Assembly: GCF_016433145.1 (NCBI RefSeq)
Contig: NC_058132.1
Span: forward strand, 20,342,945 to 20,406,830
DNA: 63,886 nucleotides
DNA from: Gracilinanus agilis
Lineage: Eukaryota
Reading direction: 5' to 3'
The translations under genes and the position numbers were made by a program. This document shows positions 52,790 to 63,886 of this stretch, piece by piece. Positions within the stretch are counted from its first letter, which is position 1; the number at the start of each line of letters is the position of its first letter. The notes beneath the pieces were generated by a model that searched no databases, was not told the origin of the DNA, and saw only the letters and a program-made list of their open reading frames with translations.

Positions 52790-54400
52790 TGAGGGTAGAG
52801 CATGGTGCCCTCCACTCAGTGATGCCCATTCTCCCCCCTCCCGCACATCCCAGTGACTCTCAGCTCCTGGCGATTATCACCCATCCCCCTCAACTTTCCC
52901 AGAGTTCCAGCGTGACCCAGCTAGGCTTTTCCTTGTGCCCTCTGAATCACTTCATCTCAAATGGATTCTTCTCTGCTCCTTCCATCTACTGGCCCTTCCT
53001 GAAACCTGGCTTCCCCCTGAAGATACGGCTTCCTTGGCCCCCTTTCCCTTCACTTCCTCTCCTTGGCTCACTGGCCAAGGCTTGCCCTCCGGTGCCGCTC
53101 CTTCCTCTCTCCCTCTGAAAGCTCTCCTCCTTTGAGCTTCTCTGCTCACCTCTCCCCCCAGTCACAATCCTGCTGTTGTCTACAGACCTCCAGGGCGCTC
53201 TTCTTGCTTCCTCAATGAATGGGCTCCTGGCTCACACTATTTCTCCAACTCCTGCCCCCACACTAAGGGACTCTCCCTCACACAGCCCAACCACCCACTC
53301 TCCACCTACGCGCCTCCCATGAGCTCTTCCTCCACTCACCTCAGTGACACAAACATGCTCATCCCCTGGATCTTGCCCTCACCCATGGACGTAGGACGTC
53401 CACATTCAAGATTTCTGAAGCGCCCTCATCTGGCCACTACCCTCTTACTGTGGGTTCACCTCTCCCTCAGCTTTCCCCTCTGCAATCCCGGCCTCTGTCT
53501 GGCCTAAAGCAAACCATCGACCCCTCAGTTCTCTCTCCTCTTCGCTCCATTTGGACTCCTTGGTGAACCAATCCGCCCCTTTCCTCTGGGATCACCAGTG
53601 GCATTAGCATTTTGCCCATCGTGCCCAGCCAAGCCTCAACTGTGGATCACCGCCACCATTCACTTCTACACCCATGCTACTTATTGAACGAAGGGGCCGA
53701 AAACCAGGCAACCCTTGTAACTGGGGCCGGCACAGACTGGTTACCCAGCCTCCAGGGGTCAACATCCTTGCCTCATTCATTCATTCTCCACAGCTGCTCT
53801 TCTAAACCTTTCCATCCCTCCTCTAGCCTTCCATGGCTCCCTCTCTCCCCACTCTCTCAGAGGCCATCCTTGCCATGAGCTCCCTCTTCTTCCCTCTTCC
53901 TCATTTCCCATCACTCCGATGTCTTCTGCCCCTCCTTCCTCCACCTCGGGCTCTCATGAAGAAGTGCCCCTCTTCCTCACCACGACTAATCCTCTGCCTG
54001 CTGAAGGGATAGCAGGGCCTTCCATCTTCTCCAGCAGATGTCCCTTCTCTCATCCCCACTGATTTCTTTTCAATCTCTGTCCGCTGGCTTATTTCCTTCT
54101 GCCTACAAATATGCTTGTGTCTCACCTACCCTGAAAACCCCCTCCCTTAATCCTTCCGGCCCCAATAACTATCATTCTGGAGCTCTCCTACCCTTTGTAG
54201 CCAAACTGCCCATCTCTTGGCATTCCTCACCCCTCTTCCTTCTGTTAATGACTTCCAGTTTCTTCTGTAGACAGCGGTGCGTGTTGGTTTGCCTGCTGTC
54301 TCCCCCATTTGATTTGTGAGCTCCTTAAAGGCGGGACTGTGATCTGCTTCTTCTGGGGTCCCCCCCCACCGCCTATCTTAATAAGTATGTATTGACTGCC
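52790..54400 (+). mobile_element. L2 LINE with recognisable endonuclease remnant
   Basis: FHLLALPETWLPPEDTASLA in ORF 52935-53135; L2 tail gtgagctccttaaaggcgggactgtg...aataagtatgtattgact. Confidence 0.8.
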
Positions 54401-55207
54401 TGGCGAATTGGGAGGACCCAAGATGGATTTCGAAGAATAGTGGAGAGGGTCAGCCAGGCAACCCCCATTAAGGGCCAGTTACTGTCTGGCCGCTGTGCAC
54501 AGGAGATAGGGAAAAGGGCAGAAGGTAGTCCCTGCCCTCCAGGAGTGCACAGTCACACGGGGAGACAAGAAGCTGACAGACGGGTCCAAAGGAGATCTGG
54601 GTAGGAGGAAGAGGAGCCAGCCTCGGAGGGAAGGCGCTGAGATCAAGGGGGACCAGAGAAGGCTTCCGGTGGAAGGTGGAGAAGGATGACGATGGCCAGG
54701 GCAGACGTGGGAAGCTGTAGGCTACCATCATCATAACAAGGATGAGAACTTTGATGGGTGCCGGCCTTTGGCAGAGGAGACTGAGGCGCAGGAAGCTTTT
54801 AAAGCTTTACAGATCTGGGTCATTCTCTAGCCTAACCCCTTCAGTTGCTTTTTTTTTTTTTTTAAACTCTTACTTCCGATCTCAGTAGCTATTCTAAGAC
54901 ACAAGAGTGGCATGTGACTTGCCCAAGGTCACACCGTTAGGAAGTGCCCGAGCCTAGATTTGAACTCGGCTCCTCCCAACTCCAGATCCGGCGCTTTGTG
55001 CAGCTGCTTTGATAGATGAGGCTCGGAGAAGAACAACAACTCTCTCGAGGTTACCCAGCTGGTGTCAAAGCAGAGATTTGAACCGAGGCCCTAGGGGTGG
55101 GGGTGGGGGGTGGGTCGGGCCCTTCCCACCTGCTCACTGTATCCCCGGTGTTGGGGGAGGCCGGCGGGAGGGAGCAGGCTGAGGAATTGGCCCGGTCCGC
55201 TCCCCAG

Positions 55208-55698
<491 letters not shown>

Positions 55699-55737
55699 CG
55701 GCCACGGGAACGCGCAGCAGCGGCCGCCCCCGGGCCT

Positions 55738-55743
55738 AATAAA
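55738..55743 (+). terminator. TNNI3: TNNI3 polyadenylation signal
   Basis: AATAAA 40 nt after the stop. Confidence 0.85.
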
Positions 55744-57166
55744 GCTCCCTCTCCAAGACGAGACGGGGCTACCGAGAGCTTGTGTGGGGGGCGCCGGGGG
55801 GGGGGGGGCGGGAGGCCTCTCTGGGAAACGAGGGCAAGCCAGGCCCCCGAGCTCCCCTGCGCCTCGAGATGGGCCCATCCTGCCCTTTGCAGTCCCGGCC
55901 TCAGTTTACTCACCGGGCAAACGGTTGGATGTCCTGGGGATCCCCGACGGTCTTTCCAGGCGTGAGCTTGAGCTCCTTCCTGGTCTCCGGAAGGAGGTCG
56001 CGGCTCTGAATCCATCAGACTCTGCATAGGAGGCCTCCTGGGCGGGCTCTGAGCTGGGCAATGGGCAGGCAGCCTCAACAGCGATTCCTCGCGCCCTGGC
56101 CCCGTCTGGAACCCAGCACTCGGGCAGGATCCAGGCTGCGGGGCGGGGCGGGGAGGGTCCAAGAAGCAAACGTGGAGAGGAGGAGCATCCCCAGGCAAAG
56201 GCTGGGAGGTGGGAACTTCTGTGCGTGCAGGAGTAGCAGGAAGGCCCACCTCGCCATGGGCCTGGAGGGAGGCCCCGGGGAGCCACTGGCCAGGCGCAGT
56301 TTGGCAGCTTGCGGGCAGGAGGGGGCTTGGAGGCCCAGCTCTAATTCTGTGCCATTGCTTCAGGCTGTCCTGGCACCCGTCTGCCTGCTCCCGGCACGCC
56401 AGGACGCCCTCCCCGCCCCAGTCACACACCTGTTGTCCCCATTTAGGACCTGATGTCACCGCTGAGAGACAAAGCAGGGGGGGAGGGGAGGGGGACAATG
56501 CCAGAAACAAACCCAGGAGGACGAGAGGAGGGGGGAGAGGGAGAGCCGATGAAGGTCGGCAGAGGCTGCCCAGCTCCCCTCTGGGCAATGTGGGCAAAGC
56601 AGAGGGCTGGATGATGAGCTGGGTGGGGGGTGCCACACTCGGGCCACCGAGGCCTCCTGCCACGAGACAGAGGAAGAGAGAAAGTAGCCAGAAAGTGGGA
56701 GGAGAGGAAGAGGGGAAGGTCTGGGAGCAGCAGGGGCTCAGGGGAAGCCGGGGATCCTGGGACCCGGAGGGAGCAGTGAGAGCATCCCCTCAGGGAGTGC
56801 CGGCAGACGACACCAGGAGAGTGGGGGGGGCAGTTTCTTGGGATCAGAGAATAGGTGGTGGGGAGCCTGGAGAGGCGCCCGTCTATGTGTGTGCGCGTGG
56901 AGGGGCCCGAATTGTGGCGGGCTTTAGAAGTCAAACAGCATCATTTTGTATTCGATCGGGGAGGGAAGAGGGAGAGAGCGGGAGGGAGGAGAGGCCGCCA
57001 GAGGGCGATCCGAGTGGGGAGAAGGGGCGGCGGTCTGTTGGGACCCAAAGAGGCGAGGACTTTGGAGCCCTCGGGAGGGGGGCAAATCCTCCCCGAGCAC
57101 AGGACGGCTCCCCAAAGGCAGGCAGCAGATGGACCGAAGGGGAGGCAGAGAGAAAGGGCGAGCCAG

Positions 57167-57354
57167 CCAATTTGAAGCGGGGAGGAGGAGGAGGAGGAGG
57201 AGGAGGGGGAGGAGCCCCGGGCTGGCCCTGCCTCAGCGCCCCTGCTTATGTCTGGAGGCTCCCCCCTCCCCTGCAGCTATAAAGCCCCCGCCTCTCTGCC
57301 CCTGACTCAGAGCCCCAGGAGCAGCTTCCCTCCTTTGCTGAAGCTTCAGCCCCA
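57167..57354 (+). promoter_or_regulatory. TNNT1: TNNT1 core promoter and non-coding exon 1
   Basis: CCAAT 57167-57171, (GGA)n tract, TATAAA 57278-57283, donor ccag|gtaact at 57354/57355. Confidence 0.75.
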
Positions 57355-57707
57355 GGTAACTGAGCCAGCCCGGCCTCCCCACCGGGCCCTGCCCCAGGCC
57401 GCTCAGCTGGGAGATCCAGGCAGACACGAGAAAGGAAGGGAGCCGAGCCCCAGAGAGAGGGAAAGCCCAGAAGGCGCGAGGGAGGAGGCGGATTTCTGTT
57501 CAGGCCTGCCGCCAGGGAGGGGAGGGAAGCGTCCCAACGAGTAGAGCTAGAGCGCCCCCAAAGCGGGAAAGCCTGCCCTGGGCGGAGGGAGCTCCTCGGC
57601 CCCCAGGACCGCCCCATGCCCCAGACCAGTTGGTGGGCTGTTGGGACGATGGGGCTGGAGTAACGGGCCTTGAAGGTCCCCGCCAATTCCTAGGTTCTGT
57701 GGGTGAG

Positions 57708-58400
57708 ACAGAGACCGAGTAGAGAAGGGAGAGAGGGAGGCAGAGACAAGAGAGAGCCAGAGGACCGGGTGGAGGGGGAGAAAGAGACACCCGGGGGGGG
57801 GGGGGAGGGAGAGAGAGGAGACAGTGAGAGCTAGAGAGGACGGAGAAAGGGGGAAGAGGAGAGAGAGGGAGGGAGGAAGAGAGAGATGGAGGTAGGATTA
57901 GAGAAGAGAGACAGTGAGAGTCAGAGATAGAGGGACAAAGAGGACAGAGAAAGAGGAGGAGAGAGAAAGGGAGGAAGAGAAAAGAGAGACAGGTGAAGGG
58001 AGGAATAGAGAGGAGAGAGTGAGAGACGGACAGAGGGACAGAGTCAGAGAAAGGGAGGAGAGAGAGAAAAGAGAGAGACAGGGATGGAGGTAGGATTAGA
58101 GAAGAGAGAGTGAAAGACTGCGAGAGTCAGAGTGAGAGGGACAAAGAGGATAGGAAGGGAGGGAAGAGGAGAGAGAGGAAGGGATAGAGTGGAGAGACAG
58201 ACACAGACAGAGGGAGGGAAGAATAGAAAGGAGAGAGTAAGAGACAGTGAGAAACAGTGAGAGTCGGACAGAGGGACAGAGACAGAGAAAGGGGAGGAGG
58301 AGAGAGAAAAGAGACAGATGAAGGGAGGAACAGAGAGGAGAGAGTGAGAGACAGATAGACAAATGCAGACAGACAGACAGACAGACACAGGAAGAGACAG
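57708..58400 (+). repeat. Purine-dominated GA-rich tract with internal duplications (TNNT1 intron 1)
   Basis: atggaggtaggattagagaagagaga at 57886 and 58084; gaagggaggaa.agagaggagagagtgagagac at 57995 and 58320. Confidence 0.9.
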
Positions 58401-58987
58401 GAAATCACGAGATACAATTTATACTGGGGGGGGGGGGCGGCTGTTTATGCGTTGAGAGGAAACTTGCTGATCTCTCCACCCCCCTTTCCAGTGCTACTGA
58501 CCTTGGAAAATTGGCTCCCTCTGTAGGTCTCAGTTTCTCTGTCTGTAAGACTGAGTAGAGGAAGGCCAAGCCTCGTTGCCCTGCCAAGAGCCCGAGCCTG
58601 GGGCGGGTGGGCAGCGGTCTGACAGATAGCCTTATGGTCAGGGGTTTGGTGAGGAGAGACAAGCCAGGGTCTGAGTCAGGGCCCGGCTGCTCTGCCCTTA
58701 TTCGGACATCTCCCTGGCCTTGGCCCCGGCCCGAGACCCCCCAGAAATAGCTTGTGACAGGTCAGGAGAGGGAACCGGGGGCGGCTATTGTCTGTCCCAA
58801 GAATGGCCAGAGATAATCTCCCCGATCAGGTTCCTCCCCATCCCCCAATGCCCTGAGACCAGAAGACAGGTGGTGGGGATGGTGGGGGAGGGGCCCCACG
58901 TTGCCACCCCCACCCCAGAGATGGCAGCTCCCCCCCTCAGCCACTGTGCATTCCTGGCCTTCTCCCTCCCTCCAGGCCACTGCGACC

Positions 58988-59019
58988 ATGTCGGACGCCG
59001 AGGAGCAGGATTATGAGGA
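58988..59019 (+). CDS. TNNT1: Slow skeletal troponin T exon 2 (start)
   Basis: gcgaccATG; MSDAEEQDYE; 32 coding bp; donor gtaagt. Confidence 0.96.
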
Positions 59020-59103
59020 GTAAGTATGGGGCGGAGGGGACGGGACTGGGTCCACTCTGATCTCTGGATCTAACTTCTTCCTCTCTCCTGCCCCAACCTG
59101 TAG

Positions 59104-59117
59104 GGAACAACAGGAAG
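59104..59117 (+). CDS. TNNT1: TNNT1 exon 3
   Basis: 14-bp mini-exon ggaacaacaggaag with ag/gt. Confidence 0.93.
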
Positions 59118-59330
59118 GTGAGTTGAGTTTGGGGCCGGGGGACGGCAGAGCAGGGTCCCTGGGGCTCGAGGGGGTGGGCACTGGGGCTGGGACACCTGGC
59201 TCAGAAGGCGCCCGGGGGAGAGGGTCGAGGAAGGAGGAGCGTTAACTCTTTCAGCACCACGGCGCTGTCCACCGGCTCACCACAGTCTTTTCCCCCCTCC
59301 TCTATCCGGTCCACCCCATCCCCTCAGAAG

Positions 59331-59357
59331 AGGAGGCTGCCGAGGAGGAGGAGGAAG
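59331..59357 (+). CDS. TNNT1: TNNT1 exon 4
   Basis: EEAAEEEEE; tandem acceptor CAGAAG allows an alternative start at 59328. Confidence 0.92.
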
Positions 59358-59683
59358 GTGAGCTCAACGGGGCGGGGAAGAGGGATGCCTGGGTCCCTGA
59401 ATCAGGGGTGGTGGCCGGAAGCCGGATTCCTATTGCGGGGTAAAGGCCGAGAGGCGCTTAGAGATCCTGGAGTCCAAACGTGCCCAGTGTACCGCTGGGG
59501 GCTGGGCGGTGGCGGCGCTGGGCTGCCGAGTTCACCCAGTGGGTGGGACTTCTCCCCTCGGCACCTGATTCTCCCCTTACCAGCCTCTCCTCTCTCTGCC
59601 CTCCTCTCCCCCTCCCCCCTGCACCGCTGGCGGGGCCGCGCCCCTCCCGCAATTCCTCGCTTCTCCCTCTCCCCCCACCCCAG

Positions 59684-59716
59684 CCCCCGAGGAGTCGGAG
59701 CCGGTCGCAGAGCGAG
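59684..59716 (+). CDS. TNNT1: TNNT1 exon 5 (alternatively spliced in mammals)
   Basis: 33 bp; APEESEPVAER. Confidence 0.92.
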
Positions 59717-60229
59717 GTATGGTGGTCGCTTCGGTTCCGTCTCCCGGAACATCCAGGCCGCGGCCCCTTTAAGCGCCCCTTGGGCGCCCTCTGAGCAATA
59801 ACGCTGCCCCCCTTACCCCTTAAAGGGGCCGCACCCACTCCTTTCCCCCACACCTGTCCTCTTCTTTCCTCGATATACATTCAAAGGTTTGGGGTTGGGA
59901 GACGGGAGGGATGTCCCGAGCCCCGGGGATGGGGGCTGAATTCCTAACGGGGCACCTGGGACCCTGAGCGGGCGGAGGGGAGTCGCGGTGCCGGGTGAGG
60001 GCACATGTGGGGCCCTAAGCTGGAAGCGACGGGGGCCAGGAAACAAGGCTCCCCGCGGGATGCCCCCCCCCCAACGAGTCGTGAATGTATATGGACGCTG
60101 TGTGATCCCAGCTCTGCCCCTCCCCTTTTCCCCGGAGGAATCGGTGCCTCCCGGGGGCCAGCATCGGGCGGGAGGCAGCAGCCCCCCCGGCCAGCTTCCC
60201 TTCCCTAATTCTCCTTCTCTGTCTTACAG

Positions 60230-60251
60230 AAGAGGAGAGACCCAAACCCAG
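60230..60251 (+). CDS. TNNT1: TNNT1 exon 6
   Basis: 22 bp; EEERPKP. Confidence 0.94.
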
Positions 60252-60607
60252 GTGAGCCTTTGTCCCAAGCGCGGCCTGGAAGAAGGACCTGGGAAAGAGC
60301 TCTCCCCTTTCCCAGGGCGGGGCGGGCCGGGGGCTCCGAAGCCGAAGTCACGCCGGGAGGGAGCCTTTAACGCGGTGGCACGGTGCTAGGGCCCCGGTCC
60401 CTGAAAGGACAAAGGACGGGGACTCGGCCGAGCTCACCCCGAGAGCCTTTCTCCGCCCCGCCCCCGCTCCGCTTTAGTCCTTCCCCAAGAGGTCTGAGGG
60501 GAGGGGGGAGGTGACCCCGGGGTGAACAGGCTTCATTCTCGGAGCCTCTGTCTCCCACCTGCTCTGCGGAGGGACCCCACCTCTGTTCCCCTTCGCTGCC
60601 CCCGCAG

Positions 60608-60668
60608 GCCCGTGGTGCCGCCACTGATCCCGCCAAAGATCCCCGAGGGCGAGAGGGTCGACTTCGAT
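60608..60668 (+). CDS. TNNT1: TNNT1 exon 7
   Basis: 61 bp; RPVVPPLIPPKIPEGERVDFD. Confidence 0.96.
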
Positions 60669-60854
60669 GTGAGTCATCCCGGGAGCTGGGGGTGGGGGGC
60701 GAGGAGGAGCGGGCGGGGCTATCCTCCGGGGTTTCTGGCTTCGCGTTGGCGCGCTCAACACTGAGAATGCACATGGCGCCTGGTGGCTGGCTGGCGCGGG
60801 GGACCTCGGAAACGAGGTCCCCACCAACCCCTCCGCCCCAAATGCCACCCTCAG

Positions 60855-60971
60855 GACATTCACCGGAAACGCATGGAGAAAGACCTTCTGGAGCTGCAGA
60901 CCCTCATCGACGTACACTTTGAGCAGAGGAAGAAGGAGGAGGAAGAGCTCGTGGGGCTGAAGGATCGGATT
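60855..60971 (+). CDS. TNNT1: TNNT1 exon 8
   Basis: 117 bp; [39 protein letters not shown]. Confidence 0.97.
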
Positions 60972-61324
60972 GTGAGTGTCGGGCCCTCCTCCGCCCCGCA
61001 AAACCCCGAGGCAGATGTCACCGGCCTCACAGACGGGAAAGGGACTTGCCCGAGCTCATAGCAGGGGATGAGGGTCTCTGGCAAAGGAATCTGACCAGCT
61101 GGCCCTCGGGTCCACGGTTCTAGGACCTGGAAGGTGACTCCAGCTGTATGGGGAGAAAGAGCACAGGGTCTGAGATTTAAGAGCACCTTGGAATCCACCT
61201 TTCCATTTTACAGAGCAGGAAACTGGGGTCCAGAGGAATACAGTGACTTTTGTGCAGAGGTCAAGGTCGCATTATAAGCTGGAACTTCTAGAGAGCATTG
61301 AATGCATCTCTTATTTTAGAGGCC

Positions 61325-61470
61325 ACTGTGTGACCCTGGGCAAGTCATTTCACCTTTGTCTGCCTCAGTTTCCCTCAACTGCAAAATGAGGATAATAATA
61401 GCATCTCCCAAGGTTGCTGTGAGGATCCAATGAGATAATAATTGTAAAGTGCTTTGCAAACCTTAAAGTA
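61325..61470 (+). mobile_element. MIR-type SINE
   Basis: ctgtgtgaccctgggcaagtcatttcacc...cctcagtttccc...aaaatgaggataataatagc...gtaaagtgctttgcaaac. Confidence 0.85.
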
Positions 61471-61711
61471 CTATAGAAACACTGTAATTGTTATTATTAT
61501 TATTAGGAGGGGGATTGAGACCCCAAGAGCTAGAAGAAGGGATGCTCCCAGGACCATGAGAATCTGGGTCAGAGCTGGAAATCGGAGCCTCTGATTTCCT
61601 TTCTATCCTCTCAGGCTTCCTTCTGACTCTCCCAGGAGTTATGAGGTGTCGTGGGGAAATGGGGGACCAGGGAAAGACCCTTTGTGGGGGGCAATCCTCT
61701 CCTCTGTGCAG

Positions 61712-61789
61712 GAACGTCGAAGAGCTGAGAGAGCCGAACAGCAGAGAGTCCGCACGGAGAAGGAGAGAGAACGCCAAGCCAAGCTGGCC
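61712..61789 (+). CDS. TNNT1: TNNT1 exon 9
   Basis: 78 bp; ERRRAERAEQQRVRTEKERERQAKLA. Confidence 0.97.
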
Positions 61790-62079
61790 GTGAGGCTCCC
61801 CTTCTTGCTCTCCCAATCGCAGAGCCTTCCGGCTCCTTTTGTTTTCTGCTGTGTGGTGGGCCCCCAAGCCAACCCCTCCTGGGGCCTCAGGTTCCCTGAT
61901 CTCTCAATTGGGGGGCCTGGATTCTGGGGTCTGCAGGCCCTCCCTGTTGGGACGCTGTCTGAGCAATGACTTCACCAGGGAAAAGGATATTTAAGCAGGC
62001 TCCTATCTAGGCAAAGCTTACAGGTTCCACCCTGGAGAGAGCCTCTCTGGGCCTCAGTTCCTACATAAATGAATGAATG

Positions 62080-62267
62080 GGGGCAGCTGGGTAGCTCAGT
62101 GGATTGAGAGTCAGGCCTAGGGATGGGAGGTCCTAGGTTCAAATCCGGCCTCAGACACTTCCCAGCTGTGTGACCCTGGGCGAGTCACTTAACCCCCATT
62201 GCCTAGCCCTGACCACTCTTCCACCTAGGAGCCAATGCACAGAAGTGAAGGGTTTAAAAAAAAAAAA
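62080..62267 (+). mobile_element. SINE1_Mdo-like SINE, full length
   Basis: ggggcagctgggtagctcagtgg (A box)...ggttcaaatcc (B box)...poly-A. Confidence 0.93.
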
Positions 62268-62528
62268 GAATGAAAAGCTGCTTCCTCTGTGCCAAGCTCT
62301 GTGCTGAACCCTGAAGACAGGAAATCTCAAGAGTAGCTCCTCCTCCCTCCAAGGAGTCTGCATTCTGTTAGAGGAGGGCGCAGCTGCAGGGCGCATGGCA
62401 AAGCCCCAGCTAAAAAAGCGAGAGGGTGGCCTCTAAGAGCTCTGTGACAAACAGCTGACCTGGCCCTTCCCCACCCTGATCTGTCCCCTGGATGTGGTAT
62501 AATCTCTTTCTGCACCCCCCCCCCCCAG

Positions 62529-62642
62529 GAGGAGAAGATGAGGAAGGAGGAGGAAGAGGCCAAGAAGCGGGCGGAAGATGATGCCAAGAAAAAGAAGGTC
62601 TTGTCCAATATGGGGGCCCACTTTGGGGGCTACCTGGTCAAG
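62529..62642 (+). CDS. TNNT1: TNNT1 exon 10
   Basis: 114 bp; [38 protein letters not shown]. Confidence 0.97.
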
Positions 62643-62731
62643 GTGAGGCTGGCCGGGCGTCTAAGGAAGGGGGGGGCTCAGGGCTGGAGACGGGGGCGCT
62701 TGGCTCCTCAGTTCATCTCTCTCCCCAACAG

Positions 62732-62841
62732 GCTGAGCAGAAGCGTGGGAAACGCCAGACTGGCCGCGAGATGAAGCAGAGGATTCTGTCCGAGCGGAAG
62801 AAACCCCTGAACATCGACCACATGGGGGAGGAACAGCTCAG
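62732..62841 (+). CDS. TNNT1: TNNT1 exon 11 (gene continues beyond the window)
   Basis: 110 bp; [37 protein letters not shown]. Confidence 0.97.
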
Positions 62842-63817
62842 GTGGGGCCAGAAGCCCAGGGGGAGGGGGAGGAGGAGGTTCCGAGGGGCAGCCAGGCCGA
62901 GACCTCAGGAGAGCCGAGGGGGAGGGGATATGCAGAGATGGAGAAAATGATTAGCCCAAGAGACTGATTTAGACAGAAAAGGCAATCCAGGGGCCGGGGG
63001 AGGCCGAGATCAGTGAGCCAGTCAATGAGAACTGGGCCAGCCCTTCCTCTGGGCCAGGCCCTGGGGATGGAAATACACAGACTAAAGCCACCCCTGCTGG
63101 AAAGGAACCCAAACCTTAATAGGGAAGACCAGAAGCACGCCAAGCACCGAGAGAAAAATGCCAACAGAGTAATGACGCCCAGCGGCCACGAGGGGGCGAC
63201 CCGGGCACGTCAGCTCTTGGGCTGGTGGTAGGCTCAAGCGAGGCAGCACCAGGACAGAGCTCTGCCAGGGCTCAAGTACCAGGGCTGGGCTCGTGGCCCT
63301 GAATAGAAGGGAGTGAATTCAAGGTCCTCAGCGATGGCACTGAATTAGAGGCAATCGGGAAGGCTTCCTGGAGAGGGCATGGCGTGCTGGAGCTGCCCTC
63401 TGGGAAGGAGGAGGGCCCTTCTGGGAGGCGGGGGCAGGAAGGAGCCCAATCCAGGCCCAGGACTCAGGGAGGCAAAGCGGCTCTCAGAGGCTGGGAGAGG
63501 ACTTCCAACGCCAAATCCAGTGTATAGGTCTTGTTGGAGGCAAGACCAGCCACCGAGGCGGGGCTGCCAAGGGCACATCCTCGATTTTTGGCAAGAGAGA
63601 CAGAGAGGAGAGCCGGCACTGGGACAAAGCTAGAACCGCGGGGGAAGAGGGGGTTTAGGAGAAAGTGGCGCAAACAGAGAGCTCGAGAGGGGCACAGGAG
63701 GAAGATGGCTGCAGGGCAGAAGAGGTGAGGGACGCCCACAGCACGACGGGGGCCAAATTAAAGAAAGAAACAGGGAGGCCAAGAAACCTCGGAGATCAAG
63801 TCTGAATGAGGGGCTCA

Positions 63818-63886
63818 GGGGCAGCTGGGTAGCTCAGTGGAGTGAGAGTCAGGCCTAGAGACGGGAGGTCCTGGGTTCAAATCCGG
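63818..63886 (+). mobile_element. SINE1_Mdo-like SINE, cut by the window end
   Basis: Same 5-prime tRNA-like head as the copy at 62080. Confidence 0.9.

Noticed and set aside
52068-53118. ORFs of 210-317 aa
   Set aside because: They span the 500-N gap; the real flanks are CR1 and L2 debris
58044-58417. Hydrophobic Ser/Leu-rich minus-strand ORFs
   Set aside because: Translation of the CT-rich low-complexity strand
62080-62160. tRNA-like A and B boxes
   Set aside because: Head of a tRNA-derived SINE present in many copies; no cloverleaf or anticodon arm

Overview
This is mammalian genomic DNA from a marsupial, probably a didelphid opossum (inferred from SINE1_Mdo-like and MAR1-like SINEs). 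It has three assembly gaps: 500, 200 and 500 N. From left to right: (1) a decayed minus-strand KRAB gene (KRAB-A and KRAB-B exons); (2) head-to-head with it, an intact four-coding-exon KRAB C2H2 zinc-finger gene (4992-27132, 780 aa, 19 intact fingers) whose introns hold a sense-oriented, internally deleted gamma-like ERV and antisense LTRs; (3) an orphan paralogous zinc-finger tail and LINE/SINE debris; (4) a minus-strand two-Ig-domain activating receptor of the leukocyte receptor complex (LRC) type, with Arg in the TM segment and no ITIM; (5) after a gap, the last two exons of TNNI3 and exons 1-11 of TNNT1. I found no CRISPR array, rRNA or true tRNA gene. The best candidates for undescribed biology are the LRC-type receptor (extra D1 cysteines, unresolved stalk and soluble isoforms, unexpected position beside TNNI3) and the KRAB-ZNF (Arg-free, Cys-rich recognition code, LTR just upstream of its KRAB exon). 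All family assignments come from motif recognition by eye, not database searches.
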